This document shows positions 9,144-19,223 of a stretch of 64,000 bases of DNA, in pieces. The stretch comes from a virus. Taxonomy: Duplodnaviria > Caudoviricetes. Each line of letters starts with the position of its first letter. Position 1 is the stretch's first letter. The stretch is from positions 1-64,000 of IMG/VR virus record IMGVR_UViG_3300035070_003584. One strand, given 5' to 3'. The translations under genes and the position numbers were made by a program. The notes beneath the pieces are model-generated. The model saw only the letters and a list, made by a program, of their open reading frames with translations, searched no databases and was not told where the DNA came from.

Positions 9144-10901
9144 ATGGCATTAGGTACACCGTCAGAAAGTCCTGCGGTTGTCGTCAAAGAAATTGATCTG
9201 ACGGGCGGAGTTCCAAACGTCCAATCAACAACAGGCGCAATTGTAGGTAATTTTCGTTGGGGTCCGGTCGCACAAAGAGTATTGGTAGACAATGAGGCAA
9301 CTCTTGTAGATACTTTTGCAACACCTGACTCTGCTTCGACAATTGATTTCCATTCTGCACAATATTTCTTGAGATATTCAAGCAATTTGCAAGTCGTTCG
9401 CGAAGCAACTTCAGCCGCAAAAAATGCTCGTTCAACAACTGGTCAACTCGGAACTGATAGTAATGGATCACTACCGCAAGAGTTTATTAAGAACGAAGCA
9501 GATTTCTTGGCTCAAAAATCAGCACTAGATTCAGATTCGCATACATTTATTGCGAAATATCCCGGAGCTTTAGGTAATTCATTGAAGGTATCAATTTGTC
9601 CTTCAAATGATTCCGCATTTAATAGTTGGACATATGCATCAAGCTTTGATAAAGCCCCTGATACATCAACATATGCTTCTCAGAGAAATGCAGCCGATGA
9701 TGAAATTCACATCGTAGTTGTAGACCAGGAAGGTAAATTTACTGGTACAAGAGGAACAGTCCTAGAAACATTCCCATTTGTATCTGTTGGTTCAGATGCA
9801 AAGAATTTTGATGGAACAAATAACTATGCACTGGATGTGATTAATGATCGTTCAGATTATGTATGGTTAGCTGGTTGGGATGCTGCATATGCAACTGCCG
9901 GTGCCGGCACAACTATTGATAGCGGTGATGATTTCTCATTGGCAACTCCGTCAACAATCGTTGAGCATGACTTGGAAAAGGGTGCAAATTCAGGCGCTTT
10001 GACAACAAGTGAAGTTTTGACTGGTTACGATCTTTTCGAAGATAAAGACCAAGTTGAAATTGATTTCTTGATTGCACCAAGTATGGTTAACAGTACAGAT
10101 CAGGCAACAGTTGTTAATGATCTGGTTTCAACAGCCCAATCACTTCGTAAGGATTGTATTGTTAATGCTTCTCCTGCAAGAGATGATGTAATTAATCTTA
10201 CAAATGCAGCAACTATCACAACAAATATTGTGGCAACTGCAAATGCATTTACTAACTCATCATACCTTGTAGCTGATAATAACTTCTTGAAAGTTTATGA
10301 CAAGTATAATGATCAATACATCTTTATTCCGGCAGCATCATCTACTGCTGGTATTTGTGCAGCAACTGACCTAGAACGCGCACCATGGTTCTCACCAGCT
10401 GGTACACGTCGCGGTCAATATTTGGGTATTACAAGCTTGGCTTGGACACCAAATAAAGCACAAAGAGATTCACTTTATAAAGTTGATGTCAACCCTGTTG
10501 CTAATATTCCAGGGCAAGGTACACTTCTTTACGGCGATAAGACAATGCTAGGTAGACCATCTGCATTTGATCGTATCAATGTCCGTAGATTGTTCCTCGT
10601 ACTAGAAAGAGCAATTGGTAGAGCAGCAAGACAAGTGTTGTTCGAATTCAATGATGAGTTTACTCGGGCCGAATTCGTTAATATTGTCGAACCTGTTCTT
10701 AGAGAAGTCCAAGGCAGACGTGGTATTACAGACTTTAGAGTTGTCTGTGACGAAACAAACAATACTGCGGCCGTTGTGGACCGTAATGAGTTCATTGCAA
10801 ATGTCTTCATCAAACCTGCACGTTCTATTAACTACGTCACATTGAATTTTGTGGCAGTTAGAACAGGTGTGGAATTTGAAGAAGTTGTTGGCACGGTTTA
10901 A
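9144..10901 (+). CDS. gp18: Tail sheath protein gp18
   Basis: SPAVVVKEIDLT, WFSPAG, FDRINVRRLF, KPARSIN. Confidence 0.97.
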   Translation: MALGTPSESPAVVVKEIDLTGGVPNVQSTTGAIVGNFRWGPVAQRVLVDNEATLVDTFATPDSASTIDFHSAQYFLRYSSNLQVVREATSAAKNARSTTGQLGTDSNGSLPQEFIKNEADFLAQKSALDSDSHTFIAKYPGALGNSLKVSICPSNDSAFNSWTYASSFDKAPDTSTYASQRNAADDEIHIVVVDQEGKFTGTRGTVLETFPFVSVGSDAKNFDGTNNYALDVINDRSDYVWLAGWDAAYATAGAGTTIDSGDDFSLATPSTIVEHDLEKGANSGALTTSEVLTGYDLFEDKDQVEIDFLIAPSMVNSTDQATVVNDLVSTAQSLRKDCIVNASPARDDVINLTNAATITTNIVATANAFTNSSYLVADNNFLKVYDKYNDQYIFIPAASSTAGICAATDLERAPWFSPAGTRRGQYLGITSLAWTPNKAQRDSLYKVDVNPVANIPGQGTLLYGDKTMLGRPSAFDRINVRRLFLVLERAIGRAARQVLFEFNDEFTRAEFVNIVEPVLREVQGRRGITDFRVVCDETNNTAAVVDRNEFIANVFIKPARSINYVTLNFVAVRTGVEFEEVVGTV

Positions 10902-10915
10902 GGAGGTAACATAAA

Positions 10916-11443
10916 ATGGCTGTACTCGGCGTAGATGACTTTAAGTCAAAGCTAAGAGGCGGTGGGGCTCGTCCTAACCTCTTTAAGGTAACTATTAACT
11001 ATCCTGGTTTCGCAAATGGTGATGCAGAATTGACATCATTCTTGGTAGAAGCTGCATCATTGCCAGGGTCAACATTTGGTATTATTCCGGTCTATTTTAG
11101 AGGAAGAATTCTAAAAATGGCTGGTGATAGAACATTCGCTGAATGGAACACAACTATCATCAATGATACTGACTTTAATATCCGTAATGCTATTGAGCGT
11201 TGGATGAATGGTATTAATGCACATTCTGCAAATACTGGTCTGACAACACCAATTGCATATGAAGCAGATCTTAAAGTTGATCAGCTTGATCGTAATGGAG
11301 ATGTTTTGAAGACATACACCTTCCGTGGTGCATATCCTCAGGATCTATCAGAAGTTGCTCTATCATATGCTGATAATGACAATATTGAAAGATTTACTTG
11401 TGTCTGGGCATACCAGTACTTTGAATCTGATACTACTAGCTAA
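10916..11443 (+). CDS. gp19: Tail tube protein gp19
   Basis: GGARPNLF, GDRTFAEWNTTIINDTDF. Confidence 0.96.
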   Translation: MAVLGVDDFKSKLRGGGARPNLFKVTINYPGFANGDAELTSFLVEAASLPGSTFGIIPVYFRGRILKMAGDRTFAEWNTTIINDTDFNIRNAIERWMNGINAHSANTGLTTPIAYEADLKVDQLDRNGDVLKTYTFRGAYPQDLSEVALSYADNDNIERFTCVWAYQYFESDTTS

Positions 11444-11453
11444 CATAAATAAC

Positions 11454-11477
11454 TGGGACCGGCTTCGGTCGGTCCCA
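11454..11477 (+). terminator. C(UUCG)G hairpin between gp19 and gp20 (weak terminator or stabilising stem)
   Basis: TGGGACCGGC-TTCG-GTCGGTCCCA; no strong U-tract. Confidence 0.6.
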
Positions 11478-11500
11478 TTCTCTAGCTTAGGAATTTAATA

Positions 11501-13057
11501 ATGGCAGAAGACGGCATTAAACTATTTGGTTTTGAAATTAAAAAAGCCAAGAAAAAGGAAGAAGATAAAGCTCCTTCCATTGTTCCGCCACGAGACGATG
11601 AAGGTGGCAGTTATGCCACAGCATCTGGGTCACATTATGGCCAGTATCTCAATCTTGGTGATGACGATTCGAAAGATAATTATCAACTTATTATGAAGTA
11701 TCGCGGTAACGCAATGCATCCTGAAGTTGATATGGCTATCGAAGATATTGTAAATGAATCTATTACCGGTTCTGAATTAAAACAAACTCTAGATCTTAAT
11801 CTAGAAGACGTAAAAGCTCCGGATAGAATTAAAAAAGTAATTAAAGAAGAATTTGACGAAATTTATGGTATGCTCAATTTTAAGGAATTGGGTCATGATA
11901 TCTTTAGACGTTGGTATATTGATGGTCGTATGTATCATCATCTAGTTATCAATGAAACAAATCCTAAAGAAGGCATTGTTGAAATTAGACCTATTGATGC
12001 TGCTAAAATGCGCAAGGTCAAAAAGATTAAAAAGAAAAAAGATCCAGCAACTGGTGCTGATATCATTGAAAAGACTGAAGAGTTTTTTGTGTTTCAAGAG
12101 AAACCAGGTTCTTCTACCAATGGTGTTAAAATGACTGCCGATTCTGTGAGTTATGTTACTTCAGGATTGCTTTCAGAAGATCGTAGAAAGATTATTTCAT
12201 ATCTACATAAGGCACTAAAACCAATTAATCAGTTGCGTATGATGGAAGATTCTCTGGTCATTTATAGATTGGCTAGAGCACCAGAAAGACGTATTTTCTA
12301 TATCGATGTTGGTAACTTACCTAGAGGTAAATCCGAACAATATATGAAAGATATTATGGCCAAGTATCGTAACAAGCTTGTCTATGATGCTAAGACTGGT
12401 GAGATTAGAGATGATCGTAAGCATATGTCTATGCTTGAGGACTTCTGGTTACCTCGCCGTGAAGGTGGTAGAGGAACAGAGATCTCTACACTACCTGGTG
12501 GTGAGAATCTAGGTCAGATTGATGATGTTCTTTTCTTCCAAAAGAAAGTTTATAAATCATTAAATGTGCCAATTAATAGATTGGAACAAGAATCACAGTT
12601 TAGCCTAGGTAGATCTACAGAGGTAAATAGAGATGAGTTAAAGTTCCAAAAGTTTATTGACAGACTTCGTATGAGATTTTCGCATCTCTTCTATGGTATT
12701 CTTAAGAAACAATTGATTCTTAAAGGTATCTGCACAGAGGAAGATTGGGAAGATTGGAAGAATGATATTACAGTAGATTTTGTAAAGGATAATCACTTTA
12801 CAGAACTTCGTGATGCAGAGGTAATGAGAGAAAGAATCCAAACTCTTGACATGTTGCAGAACTATGTTGGTGAGTATTTTTCAAAAGAATGGATTCAAAA
12901 GAATATTCTTATGCTTTCTGAAGAAGATGTTGAAAAAATGAAAAAGGAAATTTCTGGTGAAGAAGCCGAAGCACCTAATGAAGAACCAGAACAACAGGCA
13001 CAACCTGCCGGACAAAAATTTGAATTAAAACCTGTACAAGGAGATGACAGTGAGTGA
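11501..13057 (+). CDS. gp20: Portal protein gp20
   Basis: RAPERRIFYIDVGNLP, EDFWLPRREGGRGTEI. Confidence 0.97.
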   Translation: MAEDGIKLFGFEIKKAKKKEEDKAPSIVPPRDDEGGSYATASGSHYGQYLNLGDDDSKDNYQLIMKYRGNAMHPEVDMAIEDIVNESITGSELKQTLDLNLEDVKAPDRIKKVIKEEFDEIYGMLNFKELGHDIFRRWYIDGRMYHHLVINETNPKEGIVEIRPIDAAKMRKVKKIKKKKDPATGADIIEKTEEFFVFQEKPGSSTNGVKMTADSVSYVTSGLLSEDRRKIISYLHKALKPINQLRMMEDSLVIYRLARAPERRIFYIDVGNLPRGKSEQYMKDIMAKYRNKLVYDAKTGEIRDDRKHMSMLEDFWLPRREGGRGTEISTLPGGENLGQIDDVLFFQKKVYKSLNVPINRLEQESQFSLGRSTEVNRDELKFQKFIDRLRMRFSHLFYGILKKQLILKGICTEEDWEDWKNDITVDFVKDNHFTELRDAEVMRERIQTLDMLQNYVGEYFSKEWIQKNILMLSEEDVEKMKKEISGEEAEAPNEEPEQQAQPAGQKFELKPVQGDDSE

Positions 13058-13355
13058 AGTAGATACTATTGATAATGAGGTAGATAACGATTTGCCTCCA
13101 CCACATATCCAAGATATGATTCAACATGCAATGGATAATGAATATACAAAAGCAAATAATGTTTTTAATGATTTAATGACTGTAAAGTTAAATGACATTT
13201 TAGATCAAGAACAAGTTCGATTGGCCGACACAATCTATAATGGAGCCGAAGATGAGGATATTGAAGACGAGGATGACCAACTCGAGCTTGACCTTGAAAC
13301 AGAGGATGAGTCTGAATCGGAAGATGAGGATGATGAGGAAGAAGACGAAGTCTAA
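13050..13355 (+). CDS. Acidic prohead core protein (gp67-like)
   Basis: Very acidic; lies between portal and protease genes. Confidence 0.65.
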   Translation: MSEVDTIDNEVDNDLPPPHIQDMIQHAMDNEYTKANNVFNDLMTVKLNDILDQEQVRLADTIYNGAEDEDIEDEDDQLELDLETEDESESEDEDDEEEDEV

Positions 13356-13403
13356 GATAGCTACTAGAACGTAATCTTTTTTTAAAATAAAAAATTAATT
13401 TCT

Positions 13404-13411
13404 TATAAATA
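13404..13411 (+). promoter_or_regulatory. T4-type late promoter
   Basis: TATAAATA. Confidence 0.75.
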
Positions 13412-13422
13412 ATAGTTGTAAA

Positions 13423-13635
13423 ATGAAACAGTTTACTCAAATACGCGAACTAACCGGTAGAATGCCCAAAGGCAAACATGTCTTTGATAAAAAGATTAAA
13501 GGCATTCAAATTATGATCCATAAGGATCTAGGTAAGTTTGTAGCTTATGTTGACGGCGATAGGTTGGATGCCTATAACAGTCAAAAAGAAGCAGAGAAAG
13601 CTGCAACTGAATTTGTAAAGGTATTAAAGAAATGA
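13423..13635 (+). CDS. Small prohead core/internal protein
   Basis: MKQFTQIRE capsid-targeting-like N-terminus; position before gp21. Confidence 0.55.
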   Translation: MKQFTQIRELTGRMPKGKHVFDKKIKGIQIMIHKDLGKFVAYVDGDRLDAYNSQKEAEKAATEFVKVLKK

Positions 13636-14288
13636 AGCTGATTGCCGAATACGTTGATGATCAATTGGAAGTTGTTACTGAAGCAACTAAAGATGGCGGT
13701 AAAAAATACGCTATTGAAGGCGTGTTCATGTCAGCCGAACAAAAGAATAGAAATGGTCGGGTATATCCAAGAGCCGTTATGGAATCTGCCGTTGGCAAAT
13801 ATGTTGGCGAACAGGTATCAAAGGGACGTGCTGTAGGTGAATTGAATCACCCTGAAGGACCGACTGTTAATCTAGATAAAGTTTCCCACAAGATCGAATC
13901 CCTTAATTGGGAAGGTAATGATGTTGTGGGCAAGGCGACTATTTTGGAAACTCCTATGGGACAAATTGTAAAAGGTTTGCTTGATGGTGGTGTCAAACTA
14001 GGCGTCTCAACTCGTGGTATGGGAAGCCTTGAAAATCGTGGTGGCGCCATGGTTGTTAAACCAGACTTTCTACTCAATGCAGTAGATATTGTTCAAGATC
14101 CATCTGCTCCTAGCGCATTCGTTAATGGAGTTATGGAAGGTGTTGAATGGGTATGGAACAACGGCATCATTGAAGCTCAGGCTATTGAAAAAATTGAGAC
14201 TGAAATTAAGAAAGCTCCTCGAGCCGATCTCTATGAGACACAAGTTCGTGAGTTTAAGAATTTCCTCTCGTTGCTCAAATCTAAATAA
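13632..14288 (+). CDS. gp21: Prohead protease gp21
   Basis: NRNGRVYP, GELNHP, GVSTRGMGSL, DIVQDPSAP. Confidence 0.96.
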   Translation: MKLIAEYVDDQLEVVTEATKDGGKKYAIEGVFMSAEQKNRNGRVYPRAVMESAVGKYVGEQVSKGRAVGELNHPEGPTVNLDKVSHKIESLNWEGNDVVGKATILETPMGQIVKGLLDGGVKLGVSTRGMGSLENRGGAMVVKPDFLLNAVDIVQDPSAPSAFVNGVMEGVEWVWNNGIIEAQAIEKIETEIKKAPRADLYETQVREFKNFLSLLKSK

Positions 14289-14299
14289 AGGAGTCAATT

Positions 14300-15352
14300 A
14301 TGACTGAAGATCAAATCACTGATCAAGAGATTGACATCCATGATGACAACGATGTCGTGGAAGAAGCTCACGATCCTAAAAATGCCGAGGCACAATCTAT
14401 AGCGTCTGTTGATAAAGCAGGCGATGCAGGTAAAAAAGCCGGAGCACGAAAAGGCGATAATACTAAGCAAGATCCAATGCCTAAGACAAAAGCTGGTCTT
14501 TTGTCAGCCATGGTTGGTAAAATGCAAGGTATGAATAAGGAATCATTGATGGCTATGTATAAAGCAGAGTCATTCGTAGATGCCGACGGTGAAGCAATTG
14601 CCGAAACAACTGCCGAACTAGACCTTGATTATAAAGCAGATTTTTCAGAAGACCTGAACGCATTGGTTAATGAAGAAGCTACTTTGTCTGAAGAGTTTAA
14701 AGTAAAGGCAGAGGTTATCTTTGAAGCAGCTATTAAATCTAAGCTTGCCGAAGAGATTGACCGTCTCGAAGAGAAATACAATGAGGAACTAGCTGAGGAA
14801 GTAGAATCTACTAAATCAGAACTCGTTGAAAAAGTCGATAGCTATCTTAACTACGTTGTTGAGAATTGGATGGAAGAAAATAAACTTGCTGTCCAGTCTG
14901 GCCTTAGAACTGAAATCGCAGAGAAGTTCATGAACAGCTTGAAAGATCTGTTTACTGAGTCTTATATTGAGGTTCCAGAATCAAAGGTTGACCTAGTTGA
15001 CGAATTGGCAGAAAACGTTGAAGAGTTGGAAACTGCTCTTAATGAAACAACTGCCAAAAACATCTCAATGCAGGAAGAGTTGGAAGTATTGAAGCGCGAT
15101 GCAATCATCCGTGAACATTCATCTGACCTTGCTGAAACACAAGTTGAGAAGCTTAAAGGTTTGGTTGAGGACATTGATTTTGATGACGCCGAAAGTTTTG
15201 CTGCTAAAGTACAAACTGTCAAAGAATCATACTTTACCAAAAAAGTATCTGAGTCTGCTGATATTGTAGAAGACGACAACGGTGATGATATCGTTGAAGC
15301 TTCGCCAATGATGGCTCAATACCTCTCTGCAATCCAAAAAACAAACAAATAA
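14300..15352 (+). CDS. gp22: Prohead scaffolding protein gp22
   Basis: LSEEFK..A..IFEAA, VDSYLNYVVENW; acidic coiled coil. Confidence 0.93.
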   Translation: MTEDQITDQEIDIHDDNDVVEEAHDPKNAEAQSIASVDKAGDAGKKAGARKGDNTKQDPMPKTKAGLLSAMVGKMQGMNKESLMAMYKAESFVDADGEAIAETTAELDLDYKADFSEDLNALVNEEATLSEEFKVKAEVIFEAAIKSKLAEEIDRLEEKYNEELAEEVESTKSELVEKVDSYLNYVVENWMEENKLAVQSGLRTEIAEKFMNSLKDLFTESYIEVPESKVDLVDELAENVEELETALNETTAKNISMQEELEVLKRDAIIREHSSDLAETQVEKLKGLVEDIDFDDAESFAAKVQTVKESYFTKKVSESADIVEDDNGDDIVEASPMMAQYLSAIQKTNK

Positions 15353-15369
15353 TTTGGGAGTCCAAAACA

Positions 15370-16725
15370 ATGATGGGAACATCTTACGATAAGTTGATCG
15401 AAAAGTGGGCACCTGTTCTGAATGAAGAATCAGCAGGCAAAATCACCGATCATCACAGAAAAGCAGTAACAGCTGCTATTCTCGAAAACCAAGAGCATGC
15501 ATTTAGAGAAGAAGCTGGTCAAGCCCATGCTCTTAATGAAGCAGCTCCAACTAACGCAACCGGTCAGGTAGCAAATTGGAACCCAGTTCTTATTGCTCTC
15601 GTCCGTCGTGCAATGCCTAACCTTATGGCATATGACATGTGTGGTGTTCAGCCAATGTCAGGTCCAACCGGTTTGATCTTCGCAATGAAATCAAACTATC
15701 AGACAACTCGTGCCGGTGCAACTGCTGGTGATGAGGCACTGTTTAATGAAGCCATTACTGGTTTCTCTGGTGACTCAACTGGTACACAGACTCAGGATGC
15801 CTCAGGTCTTTCTGGTTTGACCGACTCTAACTCAGACTCAAGCATTGACAACGATCGTACCGGTCCAGATTTTGGTTCAGGTATGGCCTTGGGTGATGCC
15901 GAAGGTTTGGGTTCAACTGGTGCCGGTCCTTCTTCTGCCTTTGCAGAAATGGGTTTCACCATTGAAAAAGCTACTGTAACTGCTAAGTCACGTGCACTGA
16001 AAGCAGAATACAGCTTGGAACTTGCTCAGGATCTTAAAGCCATTCATGGTTTGGATGCTGAAACAGAACTTGCTAATATTCTGTCAACAGAAATCATGGC
16101 TGAAATTAACCGTGAAGTAATCCGTACAGTTAATGCACAAGCAAAAACTGGTGCTTCTACTACTAATACTGCTATTAATGGTATCTTTGACTTGTCAACA
16201 GATGCAGATGGCCGTTGGTCAGTTGAGAAGTTCAAAGGCCTGATCGTACAGATTGAGCGTGAAGCAAACATTATTGCTAAAGAAACACGCCGTGGTAAAG
16301 GTAACTTTATCATCTGTTCATCAGATGTTGCTTCTGTTCTTTCTGCTTCAGGTATGCTTGATTACTCACCTGCAATGAACACTTCATTGAGTGTCGACGA
16401 TACAGGTAACACCTTTGCTGGTGTACTGAATGGCCGTACTCGTGTGTACATTGATCCATATGCATCAGTAGACTATGTGACTGTAGGTTATAAGGGAACT
16501 AACCCATATGACGCAGGTCTCTTCTACTGCCCATACGTTCCACTCACAATGGTACGTGCAGTTGGTGAGGATACATTCCAGCCTAAGATTGGCTTTAAGA
16601 CTCGCTACGGCATGGTCTCAAATCCATTCGTGGATACTTCAAATGTATCTGGTCGCGACGGTTTGGCAACAAACAAAACCAACCAGTACTATCGTATTTT
16701 CAGAATCGACAATATCCTAGCATAA
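15370..16725 (+). CDS. gp23: Major capsid protein gp23
   Basis: GVQPMSGPTGLIFAM, ELAQDLKAIHGLDAE, FQPKIGFKTRYG. Confidence 0.98.
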   Translation: MMGTSYDKLIEKWAPVLNEESAGKITDHHRKAVTAAILENQEHAFREEAGQAHALNEAAPTNATGQVANWNPVLIALVRRAMPNLMAYDMCGVQPMSGPTGLIFAMKSNYQTTRAGATAGDEALFNEAITGFSGDSTGTQTQDASGLSGLTDSNSDSSIDNDRTGPDFGSGMALGDAEGLGSTGAGPSSAFAEMGFTIEKATVTAKSRALKAEYSLELAQDLKAIHGLDAETELANILSTEIMAEINREVIRTVNAQAKTGASTTNTAINGIFDLSTDADGRWSVEKFKGLIVQIEREANIIAKETRRGKGNFIICSSDVASVLSASGMLDYSPAMNTSLSVDDTGNTFAGVLNGRTRVYIDPYASVDYVTVGYKGTNPYDAGLFYCPYVPLTMVRAVGEDTFQPKIGFKTRYGMVSNPFVDTSNVSGRDGLATNKTNQYYRIFRIDNILA

Positions 16726-16747
16726 GGATAAATCGGAAAATAAGACT

Positions 16748-16774
16748 AAGGGCGGCTTCGGCCGCCCTTTTTTT
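16748..16774 (+). terminator. Rho-independent terminator after gp23
   Basis: AAGGGCGGC-TTCG-GCCGCCCTT followed by a T run. Confidence 0.92.
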
Positions 16775-16787
16775 AACAACTAATTTG

Positions 16788-16795
16788 TATAAATA
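16788..16795 (+). promoter_or_regulatory. T4-type late promoter
   Basis: TATAAATA just upstream of gp3. Confidence 0.75.
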
Positions 16796-16800
16796 GTATC

Positions 16801-17310
16801 ATGGCTCAATTAACAGAAAATTTTAATTACCTACAACCTACCAGTTTTAAGCTGGTAATTGATAGACGTAATTATCCTAATTTAGAATTCTTTTGTCAGA
16901 CAATTACACATCCCGGAATGATTCTAAATCCAGTTGAGTTAGGTATTCCTAGACTTGCTGGGTTACCTATGCCTGGTGAATCTCTTACATTTAATGAACT
17001 TTCAACAAATGTTATCTTAGATGAGAATTTAGAAGGTTATTCTGAGATGTATAACTGGATTCTTAGATTGGTAAATACTAATATGGGTACTAGTACCAGA
17101 GGTAGTATTGCTACTAATACGGATACTCCAACATATGCAGATATAACACTATCAATTCTTTCCAGTCATAATAATCAGACAAAACAAATAAGATATTTGG
17201 ATTGTATTCCTACATCATTAGGTGATATCCAATTTGAATCTACTGCTGATGGGCAGACTTTTATTACTTTCGCGGCATCATTTAGATTTAATTACTTTAA
17301 GTTGGTATAA
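16801..17310 (+). CDS. gp3: Tail completion protein gp3
   Basis: NYLQPTSF, FFCQ, DENL..Y...YNW, P.SLGDIQF; synteny after gp23. Confidence 0.85.
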   Translation: MAQLTENFNYLQPTSFKLVIDRRNYPNLEFFCQTITHPGMILNPVELGIPRLAGLPMPGESLTFNELSTNVILDENLEGYSEMYNWILRLVNTNMGTSTRGSIATNTDTPTYADITLSILSSHNNQTKQIRYLDCIPTSLGDIQFESTADGQTFITFAASFRFNYFKLV

Positions 17311-17568
17311 ATGGCAGAGTCAAAAGCAAGATTAATTAGTAAAGCATTTACATCTACTGGTGATATTAAATCCGAAAGTTTGGATAATGTTCCTGTAGGA
17401 TTGGATTCAGCAGCCATTGGATATGAAGTAGATGTTTTTAGAATAAATCATCAAAACCTTTCGGTATCTCATACAATTGATTCTGCAGATAATGCACTTA
17501 CTGCAGGTCCACTTACAATCGATAGTGCAGTTGTATTAACAATTAACGGTAATCTGGTGATAGCATGA
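17311..17568 (+). CDS. Small fibre-associated protein
   Basis: FRIN.Q.L...TI...NA..AGPLTI..V.LT.NGNLVI type motif heading the fibre cassette. Confidence 0.55.
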   Translation: MAESKARLISKAFTSTGDIKSESLDNVPVGLDSAAIGYEVDVFRINHQNLSVSHTIDSADNALTAGPLTIDSAVVLTINGNLVIA

Positions 17569-17954
17569 GTGAACTAAGAACAGACACAATCACTGCTAGC
17601 AATGGCACAAGTCCTGTCACGCTGACTAAGCAGAGTGCAACGAAGGCGTGGGCAAACTTCGATGGCACTGGAACAGTTGCAATTAGAGCAACATTTAACC
17701 AGACATCTTTAACAGATATCACGACCGGCCGATACGACCTGTCCTTTGTTTCAAACATGAGCAATGCAGATTATAGCGTTGCGACTGGAGGTGCTTATTC
17801 AGCAACAGTGGCAGGTTCTGCGGGATACGGTGCTGCTGCGGTGAATCAACTGACGACATCTCAGTATCAGATACAAACTGGTCCGTATGGCTCAAGTCCA
17901 CAACCAGCAGATATTGCAGTTGTGATGCCTTGCGTTTCGGGGGATTTAGCATGA
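17565..17954 (+). CDS. Small tail-fibre-like paralog 1
   Basis: KAWANFDG...SLTD...G.Y; C-terminal GDLA. Confidence 0.6.
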   Translation: MSELRTDTITASNGTSPVTLTKQSATKAWANFDGTGTVAIRATFNQTSLTDITTGRYDLSFVSNMSNADYSVATGGAYSATVAGSAGYGAAAVNQLTTSQYQIQTGPYGSSPQPADIAVVMPCVSGDLA

Positions 17955-18373
17955 GTGAGATAAAAGTAGATAACCTCACCGGCAAGACCTCCGCTGGTAA
18001 CATCACAGTGACCTCTGAAGGTGGTGCGGCAACTATGCAGTTGCAGCAGGGTTTGTGTAAAGGGTGGGCATTAACAGATTTCGCTACCGCACAAAATGAC
18101 GATAGCTTAAATGTTTCTGCTTATACAGATTATGCGGCTGGTTATGGACAATTAAGTTGGAACAATTATTTTAGCAATGCAAATTATGCTGTTGCACAGG
18201 CTTGTTCAGGTTCAGGCACTAATCCTAATGCAATTCCGGGGTCGCAAGCTAATTCATCAAAAGGGACAGCAACAATACGAATTGTTGCAATGGATAGTTC
18301 TACTGCTACACCTTCAGGCAATAACATTGATTACGCAGAGTTTGGAACGGTAGCAATGGGAGACCTAAGCTGA
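17951..18373 (+). CDS. Small tail-fibre-like paralog 2
   Basis: LQQGLCKGW...DSLNVSAYTD; C-terminal GDLS. Confidence 0.6.
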   Translation: MSEIKVDNLTGKTSAGNITVTSEGGAATMQLQQGLCKGWALTDFATAQNDDSLNVSAYTDYAAGYGQLSWNNYFSNANYAVAQACSGSGTNPNAIPGSQANSSKGTATIRIVAMDSSTATPSGNNIDYAEFGTVAMGDLS

Positions 18374-18756
18374 TGGCTGGAAAAATTATAGCAGACACTT
18401 TAGAACACAGCACCGCAGGTTCTCTGGATACGTCTTATGTGGTGAACGGTAGTGCGAAGGCGTGGGTTTCAATAAATAGCACATCACCAGCAATAAGAGG
18501 AAGTTTGAATGCGTCTTCTTTAACTGATGAGGGAAGTGCCGTAGGTGTAATGAAAGTAACCACAACCAACGCATTTAACAGTAGCGACAATATGTCTATT
18601 AGTTCCTCTGCTAGCAACGGCACTACCGGAACTAGTTATTATAAAAGTTCTGGTTGGGTAAACAATACTAGTAATTATTGGATAAGAGCAATTTGGGGTA
18701 CAACAGGGTATGACGTTCAATATGTTCACGGACAAGTGCAAGGAGACCTTGCCTGA
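18373..18756 (+). CDS. Small tail-fibre-like paralog 3
   Basis: GSAKAWV...SLNASSLTD; C-terminal GDLA. Confidence 0.6.
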   Translation: MAGKIIADTLEHSTAGSLDTSYVVNGSAKAWVSINSTSPAIRGSLNASSLTDEGSAVGVMKVTTTNAFNSSDNMSISSSASNGTTGTSYYKSSGWVNNTSNYWIRAIWGTTGYDVQYVHGQVQGDLA

Positions 18757-19214
18757 TGCAGACACCATCATTCAAAGGTACTAAGCTATTCGACAGACTA
18801 TGCTGGGCAAAAGAAAACCTTGAACCACATCAGTCAGACTATCGTGTGGTCTATGAGGACAGCGTTGACGAGTGTGCCAAGATACTTGTGCCTGACCCTA
18901 ACTGGATGGCGTGTGCGCTGCAAGGTGGTATTCTGCCACCAGTGTGGGTGTATCACGAACTGGCAAAAGACGAAGCACAACCTGACTTCAAGAAGCATAC
19001 TCGTGGTTATTTGCTACATAATACTGAGCCTGTTGAGGCAATGACTGAAGAAGAAGCAATTGAATACTTAATTATGAAAGACTGCCCACAGCATGTGTGG
19101 CAGAACTGGAATACAGGCAATAAACCTAAGATGGTTATCTGCAAGAAAGAGCAGTTACCGCAAACTAGAACGTGGCGCAATGCGTGGCGTATATCTGATG
19201 AACTAGCCGCATAG
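18756..19214 (+). CDS. Hypothetical protein of the fibre cassette (possible assembly factor)
   Basis: Translationally coupled; MTEEEAIEYL..KD.P and WRNAWR motifs. Confidence 0.5.
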   Translation: MQTPSFKGTKLFDRLCWAKENLEPHQSDYRVVYEDSVDECAKILVPDPNWMACALQGGILPPVWVYHELAKDEAQPDFKKHTRGYLLHNTEPVEAMTEEEAIEYLIMKDCPQHVWQNWNTGNKPKMVICKKEQLPQTRTWRNAWRISDELAA

Positions 19215-19223
19215 GAGAATTCA

